Assembly (NCBI GenBank): GCA_045837725.1
Contig: JBEWZL010000232.1
Span: 434,001 to 498,000, forward strand
DNA: 64,000 bases
From: Vermamoeba vermiformis
Taxonomy: Eukaryota
Direction: 5' to 3'
The position numbers were made by a program, and so were the translations under genes. Below, piece after piece: positions 1 to 13,161 of the stretch; positions within the stretch are counted from its first letter, which is position 1; every line of letters starts with the position of its first letter. Below the pieces are notes generated by a model that saw nothing but the letters and a program-made list of their open reading frames with translations, did not search any database and was not told the origin of the DNA.

Positions 1-3000
1 TAGAAAAAGTAGTAAGACTCATTGCCATCATAATAACGTTATTACCTTCGAGCAGCTTTGTTCAAAGGGCACTTCGATCCAATCCACAAGCAGTGGAAAA
101 TGTAAGCCCATTGACGGTAGTTATGAGCTCTCAATGTGATTTCCGATGCAGCCGTTAAATTGTTGATGATCAAGAGTGTTGAAAGAGGGAAACTCAGTTC
201 TTTGTTGCGTTCTTTGACTCTAATATCCTTAATGCACTCAGTACCTATCAATGATTATTAATATAAATTATTTAATGGCAAAAAATAATTATAGATCCCA
301 AAAGCATTACCTGCAACTTTGCTAATTGCATACAACGCGCCACCAAAGGATGATTCGGCCAGATCGAAGTTTTGTTTTGCCAAGTAAATGTTTCCTTGAA
401 TGAACAAAAGCTTGGCGGCTAGCTCTGCAGGCACCACTTGATAAATCGATAACACCTCTCTGGCCTCTTGCAGTATGCCGTGTGCTTCGTCATATTGCTT
501 GCCGTTGAAACTCAACATTGCCTCGTTAACCAAGTGCCTTGCCTTGTCCAAAGACTGGCGGACCTCGGGATTTCCAACTTCTACAGTCGTTGCAATTGTA
601 GCTCGAGGTTCGATGGACGCGATCATTTCTTCACTGAACGGGAAGTCCGAATCAAAGAAGTGCGGGTCATTTTGAATAGCCATCAATAGAGCCAGCTTGT
701 ACTTGATGCCAATAGCATTGCAGATCGAATGGAACAGCAAGTACTTTGAAATATCCTGTCGCAGGTTGGTGGTAGTGAACAGTTCGTCGCCCTTTAACGA
801 AGGTCCGTACTGTCCGAACTTGGCTTCAATTTGAACTTTGATGATATGAGTCCAGTAAAACTCCGAAGCCTTTGAATTTCCGAGCAAGATGTTAAGGTAC
901 TTCGTAATTGCTGATTCGTGTCTGTCGTGGAACTTTCTCAACTTGCGCGCCAAGAAATTTTTCACGCAGCGACAGATCATTTCGAACAGCATCAACCTGC
1001 GATAAAATCAATAAATGCAATCATAAATAAGGCTGATTTTCTTACGTTTGCAATCTTGGACTCGTAGTGAGTGAGCGTAACAAGCCCAAATATCGAATGT
1101 TGACACCGTACTTGTGCATGACTTCTTTCAACATCTTCGTCGAATCAACGTACGGCGAATTGTGAGTAAGGTCATGAGCGAGTCTTTAAACACGTTAGAT
1201 TTACTTATGATGAACGTTAAGACGTACTTGTTAATGACAACTTGGCGCAAGTGATTGGTGGCCTCGAGCACTGCAACGTTGTGTGCTTTGTAGTTGTCAT
1301 CGAACCGCGTGAAATTCGTGAACTGCGATTCTTTGGATTAGTCAACAATAACGAGGTGTTGTTACTGAACTGCGACTTACGGCATCAGGATTAAGTGCCT
1401 TCTTATATTGCATGACGAGCTCAGGACGAAGTTGGTAGAACAAGAACCGAGCGTCTAATCCATAAATCAAGTAGGCCTTGCCGTAGATTCGTTTGCCCGC
1501 CAGGCCCGATGCCAACAAGTTCACGACACTGTTCTCTGCCTCGTCATAAAACAACGTGCCTTCGCTCAATGACTCCGAAGTCATGTTTGTTCCCAAAATC
1601 TCTTGTAGATCGGTTTGCTCGACATCAATCTTCGTAGCAACTTGTTGATATTGAGCACAATCAGAGGGGTCAAGTTTGATTGCCGTGACTTCGCGGTAAG
1701 GGCACTGCAAGCTGTTAGAATCATCGTCTTAAAGACTACAATATCGTACCTCGGGTGGAAAGACTCGTGCTGTGTCCAACACCTACATCGTGATGTTATT
1801 TTTAACTACCCAAAATGAATCCAGTAAAGCCCTTACGTAATATCGCCCGTCATTGCCCCGATGAACTTCTACATCTGCAGCTGCCCACACGGTTTTCTAA
1901 CAGGAGTTAGGACGTATTCATAATACAATTAGTTTGTAAAGATACCTTTTCGGGGCTGACTTTGTGCGGTTGAAGGTTCAGCAAACGACCAGCTTTCTCC
2001 ATCATTTTGTTAACGACGGGATCGACAGTGTTGACAGTTCGGCCACCGTCATCAGATCCATATACAAGTGTATTAGATCCAATAGGAAGCACGCACATAG
2101 CGAGTAGACGATAGCCCCTAGCGTTAAATTAGCTACCGTACGAGTAGAAAATAGCATGCTTACATGAAGTCTACACGAGCCAAGAGTGGAGTTCGCAGGT
2201 TAGGGACTTGTTTTTGACAATTAATGTAGCCTTTCAAGCCCAATAGTTCAATGTTAGCTGCGTGATAATGTCAGCTAATGCACTTTTAAGCAGCATAGTT
2301 ATCCAACTACGTACCAACTTTTCTTGAGAATTCATCGGCGCCGTAAAGTCCTCTGTAATCATTCGTATATTAGTGATGATGTTGGATATTACAATAATAA
2401 TGACGCTACCTGTTGTCAATACTAAGTTTGAAGAACAAATTCTCCACGATGTATTTCTGACCACCTACAAATTCCGTCAGATTTAACTATGAAATATGCC
2501 TTATAACATACCAGCAATGCCTTTTGAAGCTAAAGGCTTGTAGGTCTTGGCTTCGGGGATTTTGTCACTTTCAGCGATGATGATTTTGCCGATGCGTTCT
2601 ACTGCTTGCTTGAACTCGCTAACAATATTAATCAATCTCATTTGCTTCTCTATTCTGCCGCGTTCAGTATCCTCTGGCAACGATAAAATTTCCTGGTACT
2701 CGGTATTCCAATCTCTGTAATTTGGATCAATGTTGGATCTGGCCGGTTGAATGGCTTCAGCAGAATCTACGAAACATGTTAGTTAATGCTTGTTTATATT
2801 ATAATAATATACGTACTTCTCAAGCTTTCAAAACTGCCTGACTCTTCCTCGTCTGAACTATCACTGAACATTTCTACATAGGTTTCAATTTTGGATCTTG
2901 TAATATCTCTATTCTTACCGCCTTCCGATTCATCGGAAGTCTTACTATAATCATAATTAGCTTTAGTATCTGTATATCCCAATTTGATCTTCGGAACACT

Positions 3001-3921
3001 TCGTTGGCGCAGCACATCCGGTGACGAGCCAAGTCCTAACATGTCGTCCATTGGCTGCTGCATGTACGATCCTTGGTCTAAAGAGACCTCTTTCTCGTCA
3101 CCGTCATCGTCGTGGTCGCTGTCATTTTGATATCCACTCGATTTGCTCGGCTTTGAGGGCTCGAGTGTCTTCTGAGTATCTTCGTCATCGCTGTGCACGT
3201 CATTATGATACCCGTTGTTTGATGTTGGTTTTGGTGTGGAGCTATCGTGTCCGCCAATATACCCCGCTACAGCATCATTGTCGTATTGGTGATTTGGCTG
3301 CGTATCGTCGTCTTCAAAGTCGTAGTTTAACGCATCTTTGTACATGCCCAATTTTCCATAAGGCTTCTTTAGAGCGTCTTTTTTCTCCTCTTTTTTGTCC
3401 TCCTTATCGTCGTTTGCGTCATTTACATAGCCGCTGGTGCTGTTAGAATACTCGCCCTCATCTACCTTTAAGGTGTCGCTGTATTCACCTAAACCGTCGG
3501 TTGATGTATATTGTATTTCGGGTGGTGCGTCGGCGCTCTCGTCAAACTCTTGGTCCGTGAATGCAGTAATAACGTCGTCTTGATTGCTCACTTCCCTAAA
3601 CGGAAGTATAAAAGGTAAAGATTTGAAAATTAAATTAAAATTAAATAATATTAATTAGACCTGACTCGATATCTATATTGTCGATGTTTAATTATTTATG
3701 CAAATTCATATTATTCTAATTTTTTTAAGCCAACAAACTGATCAGAATTTAGAATTTAGTTTAAGTTCTATTTCGCGGGTCGTGAAACTAACTTACTTGG
3801 TAAGACATAAAATGTGAATAGCTCCACGACTAATATTGTACACTAACTGCTCTCTTGGTGGAATCTTTTCGCAGATGACACAGGGACTTTCTGCTATCAG
3901 ATCTGAAACTTGTGCTGCCAT
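1..3921 (-). CDS. Clu (clustered mitochondria) domain + TPR protein, multi-exon; runs off the left end of the window
   Basis: Exons encode LVYGSDDGGRTV, VWAAADVEVHRGNDGRYY, FYQLRPELV, MHKYGVNIRYLGLV, MLFEMICRCVKNFL and C-terminal TPR-like helices, typical of Clu-family proteins. Probable first exon 3921-3797 joins in frame to the acidic exon starting at 3595. Confidence 0.8.
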
Positions 3922-4088
3922 CAGTCGATATATATTGTGCTATTACATTAGTCTTGGTCGTTGGTTTGCTTTTCAACTCCAATTTTAGCTGGGAATCTTT
4001 TCAGTGAACGGATGTCGTTCGAAGAAGCGAATAATTATAAAGAAATTTGTGATATATACTCTTAAGGGGTAATTACAGTTTAATATTT

Positions 4089-7000
4089 TTACACTTTCAT
4101 ACTCTGCAGTTCGATAGACCGATCATTTTGCCTTAGCTGCCTTAGCCGTATTAATTGTCGTTCGCTCTCGCTGTTCTGCATATATGATACGATGAACATG
4201 TATTCCAATACATATACGATGCCAAAATTGACCGCCGCTGCAGCTAAGATGACGAACCGAAAACCCAACTTGATCTCGGCAATGCTAAATAACCATGCAG
4301 ACCAATAATCCGGCCATATCAGCAAGTATATACACAACAGAGTCAAGATCAAGATGGAGATAAAGAACGGGACTGAAAAATGACCATGTTAGAGAATCCG
4401 GTTAAAATTTAAATTTAAACTTTCAGAGAAACTGAATAAAAGATACTTACAGTTCGTGTGCAAGCCTCTTCGGAATGGCTTGTTGATACTATATGCAACT
4501 ACGGTCGAGATGTACTGGAAATTGGCGAACAAAAAGATTACCGTGATCTTGATCTTTTCCGCATCTGAAAAGGAAATTCCAGGATGATACTCGGGAATAT
4601 AGTACCTGTATATTGTATAAGATGATGGCTATGATACCGATTAACCGATGCAGTGAACTTACAAGTTTGTGGCGATGAACATAACAACTTGGAAGGCACA
4701 GTGGATCAAGATCTGTAGCACGATTGACACGAGAATGGTCGACGATAACAAACTTGAACTTGGGCGATGCTTACTCAAACTGCGCCTGGGTTCAGTACGG
4801 CCCACTGTTCAATGCTTAGACATGCTAACTAACAGAATATGAATGCGTGGAACTTACTCAAAAACGAGAGTGGGAAAATCAAGCCCATATCAATCCATAA
4901 GAACTACAGAATAAATATATTAGAATAATGTCTTAATCTATACATATTTATTACGTACCTGAGAATCTCTAAGACGACTATCGTAGTTGACTGAATACAA
5001 GATCCAGATCGAAATACTTTGCAAAAGCGAGTAACAAGCCATGTACTTGTAGACTTGAATCGATGAAATCAACGCGCAACGTCCCTCCCTTGACGACCGT
5101 TAATCATCTCCACTATCTATATTAATAAAAGACTTACTTCAACAAAGTAAACAGCGAGCGAATAGTGGGTTGCTTGCTGGTAAACGGTGCGGCCACAGAG
5201 GCTTCAGCATCAGACAAACTCAATCCGACGTCTGCTGCCTTTAAAGCACCACAGTCCTATACAATCTATTAAGCATCGCTCTTATAGGTCAACTATGCTC
5301 GTGCTTACGTTAGCGCCATCACCGCACATGCCAACTGTCAAACCCAGGTCTTGAAGTCCCATGACAAGCTCGGTCTTATGCAACGGTGACATTCGTGAGT
5401 AGACTACAGCCTTATGCAGCACTGTTTTAAGCAAGCCAGCGTCGTTCTGTTGCAAGTACTGGAAGGCTTTGCCGTTGATGGCCAGCGCTACTCCCGGATC
5501 ACTCCACGAGAACGGTGCATCCTTCAATCTATGTTAGCTCCTTGTTATAGGCATAAGCTAAGCACTTACTCGATAAGCTTCGCCGTACTTGGGCACGAAC
5601 TCGAATTTCAAAGCAGATCTGTCATACAACTCAACGAGTCCCTGGCTGCGGTTGTCGTTGCTTTGCTCGTCGTCCTTGTCCTTTAGCGAGATCAAAAACA
5701 CGCTCTCGTCGGGCTTGATAATATGACACTGTCGAGCGACACTAATGGCCGTGAATTCATTGTCACCGGTCACCATAATGTTGCTCACGGCTCCCGCCTG
5801 TAACAAACGGATCACATCCGCAGTATCTTCTTTCAGCTGGTTCTGTAAGATCAATAGGCCTTGGAACGTCAAATCTGCCTCTGCCTATAATAACAATATG
5901 CACCGTTTAGACTTCAGAAATAAGTGCGTGTCTCAGACTTGCCTCTTGACGCGAGATCTTGGCTGCGTCGCTCTCCGTGAAGCCATCAAGCTTTTTCATT
6001 GCCAAGCCTAATACTCGCTTGCCTTGGTGAGTGTGACTTACTAGAACGTCATCAAAGTTTCGAGGCACTAAAAGACGAAGAGTTAGACAAACGGATTTGA
6101 TCGCGCGTGCTTCTTACAGGTCTTCTTGATTGAAAGCGTCTTCATCATCTCTGGCGAGCCTTTCGCAAATAAATAAAATTCCTCGTTGATTTTAACGATG
6201 ACGCTCATGCGTTGAAGCAAAGAGGAAAACTCAAAAGCCCGCGCAATCTGAATCTCTTGTCCAAGGCCCGACCTTACAACTACGCGATTGTCTGGCTCAA
6301 AAATGCTCTAAAAATATTTTAAGCACGTGCCATAATTATGGAGAAGCCTCTCCCTCAGTTTCAAGCTTACCCAGTGAGTCGCCTCGAACATCTTTACATC
6401 CAAGGGATCTCCGATCAATTGCCCGTTCAATACTGATAATGAGTGGCATGACGCTAATATATGCAGTAGTGGTACAGGAGCTTTTTGCAATTCAGGAATG
6501 AGCTCTCCGAACCTGCGAAAAGATTTGCAACGGTTACTTTCCATTTTTGGGTTGTAACGAGAAAAAGCTTCAGAAATTTAAAAAAATAACTACTCACGTG
6601 TTCTCTTCCACTGGCTGAGCTCCAAACACCGACAAACCTTCTTCAGTGAGTGTACCTGTCTTATCAAAGCACATTGTGTCGATTCTGCCGCTGACATTCA
6701 CTCGTGACGGGCTGATGCAATAAATATCTTGCGTCTTCAGACGTGAAATGGCAAATGCAGTGCCAATAGTCATTGCTACTGGCAACGCTGGAGGTACCGT
6801 GATAGTGACCAAGTCCAGGGCACGTACTACAATGACTTCCAAGGAAGCCTAAGGACATTAAATGAGCACGCGGAACATGCACCAAAAACTCGTCCTGGAC
6901 TTACCCCAAAGTAACTGAACATTGCCACTGTGTATACGAAACCACATACAGCTACATATAGTTAGTAAAGGCCGTTGATACGCATCTATGTGAGTTTACC

Positions 7001-8793
7001 AAATAGAGCTAAAAAGCCAACGAAGCGCATCGAGTCACGGTAAAATTTGAACTTGGTGGGCTTCGGGAACATGATTGAACGAATCAATTCTCCTTTAAGT
7101 GTCGAAAATCCCGTCGAATAAGCCACCGCAACAGCCTGGAGTAAGCGATAAGTAGCGAATAGAGTACGTGTTACATCCCACTTACGGATTGGTCTGGTAA
7201 AGTTCTTGTTTGCAAGACAGTAGTGCCGTTGAAGAGCACGTACTTCGTGTTGTGTTCAGCATTGAATGTTTCCTCTGTAATCAGCATTAGTAACAATTAG
7301 TTACGGATAGTGAACCACTACTTACGATCATCGTTTGGCAGTGGTGATTTGAGCACGGGAATAGACTCTCCAGTCAGTGAACTTTCATTCACGACTACAC
7401 TCCCCGAGAGCACGATCATGTCGCATGGTACATGTGTGTTGGGCTCGACTACAACGAGATCTCCTGGCACAATGTCGGAGGATCGCAGCCTCGCTGTTGA
7501 CATATTAGGACGTGCAATTCTTGTATATCTCCGTGTCATAATGTGTGGTAGTGCTACTTACTTGGTTGCCCGTCGCGTATGATTGTCACGTCAGAAATTG
7601 TTCGCACCATATCACGCAGTTTTTGCCTGTTCTTTCGTGCTTGATACACGCTGATTATTGACGATACTGTTGCCATAATAAATATACACACGGCATATGC
7701 TATGATTCAAAGATAAGTGAGGGTTAATTGTGGATCCTGAGTGTGGTTGTAACACGTACCGTAGTATTCGTCCCATAACCAAACAGCAATACTGAATATT
7801 TGGAATAAATAAAACGGATGCAGTACCTGCAAATATCGATTAATAAATAAATTTGATAAATTTCAAGCGAAACTTTACGCACTTCTGAGACGAACAACTT
7901 GATGTATGAGTCCATCGGCACTTCGATAACATTCGATCGATATAATGCCAGACTTTCAGCTGCTGTCACGTGGTCGTGGCCTTGACTATTTTCCGCGTGA
8001 ATTGCGGAGAATTTCTTCTCAATTTCGTATCTGTCGGATCGCGAATGAGCACGTGTACACGGGATCGAAAACTCATTTCTGTATGGAGTTATACTTACTT
8101 GACTTTCTGAAACTCTCCCGTATCATCTTCGTATATAAATCTCACGCACATATAATCGAAAAATCGATTCTAGTAAATAATTAGAACAAGATCTAGATCC
8201 GAGTAACCAAAATTTGTTTCGCTACATACCCTCTTCGAATCAGAGTACATTTTAGAAATGGAGTACATCCATGTGCCTTCTTCCTGTCGCTAATTATAGT
8301 GTTAGAAAAGTGCAGCCGGATGTAGGGTCGATCCGCAACGGATTTAGTCTTTTTTGAATTTCTATCACAACGCGTTGCCAAAAAAAAATAAAATACAGCA
8401 ACTCACCTTAATCAATACATAATCAGCTGTTTCTAATGGTTCCTCGGTATATTTGACTTTAGCTGTAATTAGTGGCTTGAATCTGCTGAAGGCATAAAAC
8501 AATCCTCCGGTAATGAACACCAAAAAATAATATAATACACTGAGCTTTGTATTTGAAGCTAATCCGCGAATGTAGATCTCCTATAACGCAAAAAAATAAA
8601 TATTAAATTTAATTTTAAATGTGAGAGCCTTTATATATTGCTATTACACTTAAAAAGTATTCATTAACGATATTATTAAAATAAAATAATTGTTAGTGAA
8701 TTTAATACAAAGGTCGGAAAATTAACATACATCTGACGCTACGTATTGTTCGTTCGTCCGTTCGATGAGCAACGATTTCGCAGGCTTCTCCAT
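4089..8793 (-). CDS. P5B-type cation/polyamine-transporting P-type ATPase (ATP13A/Ypk9 family), multi-exon
   Basis: LTGES, PPALP, DKTGTLT, GDPLD, MVTGDN and GDGAN|DCGALK motifs; C-terminal TM helices. Confidence 0.93.
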
Positions 8794-9010
8794 TGGTGAA
8801 TGAAGACCAGGAGAGACGAGTGGACTTCTTGATCTGAGCCTGATAAAAACTACAACGGTAAAAGCTGCCCTAAAAATAGAAAAAATCACGTGCTTGCCAT
8901 CCGAAGGCAGCAACAAGATTTTGCTTTTTACTATTATTTTTCATTGTATATTCGAACATTGTACATAGTCTTGAATTTAATGTGGAGGTAGTCTTCTTGA
9001 CTAGTCTGGA

Positions 9011-12000
9011 ATGAATCGAACGGTGATTATTTTGAATTGCAAGCCCGAGAAGCTGAGCCCAATTAAAATCACGCTAAGTAAGGTTTTAATAATTAGTAAA
9101 TTAAATAATTATTGTGGCTAGTATTTACTTGTAATAGCAAGCAAACTGCGAATTTTTTTCTGTAAATTATTGAAATAAGCTTGACGTATTTTAGTAGGCT
9201 TATTTTGCAATAGTGCAAGCTTATATAAATATTTACATAATTATTTGAAACAGATCCGTCGAGAAAGAAAACATTGGATGTAGAAAAACCGGCATTGAGC
9301 TCGTGTATCGAAGGATTATCAGAATATTGTCGAGTTTCATTTGATTTACTCGATAAAAAGGCGCAAGTAAGTTATTAATAGTATTATCACCAAGCTGGAG
9401 CGTATTCTAATATTGTTTTCAGACATCTGTATTTTTAGTTCAGTCCACTGTAAATAGATTAAATAATTGGACACCTAAAGAACAAACTACTGATAAGGTA
9501 CGTATTAATTTGCATTTAGCCAATATTTATTTGATAATAATGGAGATTTTGCGGCAGATCTTGAATAATATAAAAATTCAACCTACAGTGGATAAATATG
9601 AGACCTTCAAATCGGGCATAAAAGAAGCTATTAAAAGTCTATACGAGAAACCTCCAAAAAGTACGTAAATGTTAATAATGGCGCAAGTGGCAGATCTGAC
9701 GCTTATTTTTTCCTACAGCCAAAGTTGTTAATACTGCTCGTATCATATGTATATATCAATCCCAAGGTAGTGAAGGGGCTTATATCGACTCTGATGGCGC
9801 TGAATTGAATTTTGCGGAGTTTGTGCAAGCCTCGCTAACTGATGCTCAAAACGAGATCCAAAACAAGTACGTAAAGCTTTTATTATAATATAGATAATAT
9901 GTTTATATAGTAGGCGACAAGTTAGTTATAATTTATGATTATTAATAGGCGAGTGTTAAGCAAAGTGGAGTTGTTGTTGATGAAAGTAGTGGATGCGCAA
10001 GGCAAAGAAAATATTTCAGAACAGAAGAGAATAGACGAACGATTAATATTAGAGACATCTACAGTTAAAACAGATATATTGCCTGAGGTTTTTTGGGACC
10101 TGGCAGTATCTCATTACAATTTGAAGGGGATCAAAATATTAGGCATTCCTTTCAAAGAAAAAGAAGAGACTAATTCCGATAAGCCCGCTGATTTTAACGT
10201 AATATTACTTATGAAGTCCAATGAAGAGCCTACTGCAAGTAAGTATAATCAACAAATCTAGATCTAATCCGGTACACGATGCTTCATTTTGATCGAATAT
10301 TTGTAATTAAATATATCTAATAACGTTATTGCAGCGCCTATGCATATTGGCAAGCAATTAGGGCATAATATTTGGCATCAATCGCGACTATTGCCCGTGT
10401 ACTGGAGCTCATCTAGACCAGCGCTCAAATTAGAATGCTTGCCTTCCAAATTTGTCGCTAGAATTACTCCTTGCTACGTAAGTACATATAATTCTTAGAA
10501 TAGCTGATATCAATAGCGACTCTATTTTTCGACCGCGGAATCTGATCTTAAAAATTTTCGGAATTATACCTAACTTGAACTTCAATAATGCTGATATGAT
10601 GAAGGTTGGTCTAACAGTAATAATATTCAGTCGACGTCAGCGCCGGTAGTAGGATTGATTAGGCACATTATTGCGCACGGTAAACCAGTGTTACTTTCGT
10701 TAAACGAGGATACTGGTAATTCATCAATTAGTTAGTGCTTTTATTATCATTATACAATACTAACAATTCTATAGATAACTTGAGTCATTTCTTGGTGCAG
10801 CACGGTGAAGGCGGACCAATTTACTTGCACCAACTTGACGACACTGCTGCATCGTTATTTGACACGCCTGAGGCCGTGGAATATTACAAAACTACTGTAG
10901 AAAACGTTAGAATGAAGGTAAGATCTGATTCGAGTATCGCGTGATATTGCCTAATTAGGAAGTGTGCCTCAAACAGTGATGGTCTCGCACTTTAGAAAAT
11001 CAATATTTTTCTTTTATTTCAATTATAATATAATATTTTATGATATAATATTATAGTATATATTACCAGTGTATACATAATGAGTTATATGTGTTTTAAC
11101 GTATTGTTAGGATCTGACGGATCTGGCTCGACAAAACATTTTGAATGCTGTGGCTAAAGAGCCTCATTGGACGTCTGAATCGGTTAATGGCACATCAATT
11201 ATTACAAATAAGAATATTGAATACACCACGCGATTTTTCCCGCTGTCGGATCGCGACACGATCTTGTTTGCCGCAAAACAGTCTGACACTCTCCGTGCAC
11301 ATCTACAGCCGTTAAAAGCGTATTTATTGAAAGAGAATTTATCTAATGAGGATATTATTGCTGCTCTAGACGTAAGTGCACCAAAACTGAAGAAGCGAAT
11401 CCGGATCGATCGGAATTTTTTTTTATTTCCAGCCGGTTGCTAGGAAATATTTTGGAATATATTACTAATATTTTATTATTTAATAGGTTGTAGACAAATT
11501 TACAGCATTAATGCAAAGCAATGAAGTCAAAATGTTTCCGAGCACTAAAGGCGTGGCTCCAAAACGACGAGAATTATTCGCAGAGCTGTGGAAAGAATTG
11601 AAACAATTAGCGACATTATGCAAAGATCAATCAGCCAATCACATGCTCATATTAAAACAATTAGAGAATTTTGAAAATCCCGGTGGCGTTCAGCCAAACG
11701 TAGAAAACACACCAACGAAGAGCAACGCGAAAAGATCGAGATCTAATTCGAATTTAAGTGCTACACCTATGATAGTCGAGGAGGATAAGCCATCTGTAGC
11801 TCAAGCGCCGAAATCAGATCCGATCCAGCCTTCAAGCCAACTTGATGTGTTTTCTTCAGAGAAAAGTAAGTTCTTTCCATACTTTTTAAATAAGTATATT
11901 ATTAACAATATAATTTATAGAGGTGCGAGAGGACCTGAGGTTCAAAGAAGAGCGCTACGGTCCCAAAAGAAAATGGACGATCGACGAACCCGGTACAAAT

Positions 12001-12126
12001 CCGCTTGACAACTGCGACAAAGAGACGTTGTTTTACAAGTATTGGAATGCACAATCGAATAAGAGGCGAGCCGTAGAGTTTGAAGGACGAAAAGTGGCTG
12101 TACCTATCCAAGAAGCTCATTCATGA
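9011..12126 (+). CDS. INTS13: Integrator complex subunit 13 (Asunder) homolog, multi-exon
   Basis: SCIEGLSEYCRVSFD, TRFFPLSDRDTILF...LLKENLSNEDI, PKRRELFAELWKEL and C-terminal EFEGR resemble my recollection of ASUN/INTS13 blocks, in the same order. Confidence 0.75.
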
Positions 12127-12205
12127 ATAGAAATAAATAGTAAAGCGTACTGGTGCAAAACGATACAGAATATTTATTATGGGACTTGAATCGTTTTCAT
12201 CGATT

Positions 12206-12896
12206 TCAAGCCACAACCGTGCTACAACATGGCTTGCTCGTGCGTTCAAAGACAACAAAAATAAACTCCTGCGTAGTGCCTGAAGGTGTGTGATGCTGAT
12301 GGATAAGTGACGATTTCGTAGTGAAATAACCTTTCGATTCAAACACCGATGATAGGCTCCTCAAATCATACCTAGCAAAATCAAGATAAATTTCTAATCA
12401 TTCACTCGAGATCTTTTTACCTTTGTACTGGTAAATTGCTGCATTGCTGAGGACCATGCATTGAAAAGGTTCCTATAATCAACATTCCACCTTGTTTAAC
12501 CGCTTTGGCTGCTTGACTTACGTAGATCTGTTTTTCGGCATCGGAGTTTAGAAAGTGAAAAACTGCTCGATCGTGCCAAATATTATAGTAAGACTTGGGA
12601 AATTCATGCTGGAGGACATCATCAACTATCCATTCGACATCCTTTGCTTTCGTCGATTCTTGGGATCTTGCCAATTCAAGAGCGGAGTCTGAAATATCCA
12701 ATACTGAAATATGTGAATACCCTGCTTGTAGCAAGTGAAGCCATAAACTTGATGCGCCTCCTCCGACATCTATCACGTGAACTGTTTCTTTTGTTGCTTC
12801 AGAGATCAGATCGAGAGAAGGAGTTGGTACCGTTTGGAACCAGCTTACTTTCTTCGGATCTTTTGTTTTATAAATATTTTCCCAGTGGTTGTGCAT
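12206..12896 (-). CDS. Class I SAM-dependent methyltransferase of a mainly bacterial family; two exons
   Basis: HWENIY..VSWFQ, IDVGGGAS, WHDRAVFHFL, GPQQCSNLPV; exon 2 has HHTPSGTTQEF; intron at about 12373-12420. Confidence 0.85.
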
Positions 12897-13161
12897 TGCT
12901 TTAGAGTGAATAAAAAATAAGTTCGCTTGTTACGCCAAAAAAAAGTCGTTTGCCGATAATTTGTACTTAAAACGGCCAAATGTCGATTTTCAATTTTTAA
13001 CTCCGGCCCACATTCACGCAGCAAAGTAAAAAAATGTTTCCGAACTTCATGAATAAATATTTGTTTTAGTATTTGATTTTAATTGGTATTGATTCTTTGT
13101 TATTTACCATAAAATGGCGGAGTTCTCCGATAATTTTGACAGGAGGTCAAGTGTCAAAGTG

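Noticed and set aside
3661-3737. Possible cassette exon in the first Clu intron
   Set aside because: Immediate stop, wrong phase, weak donor
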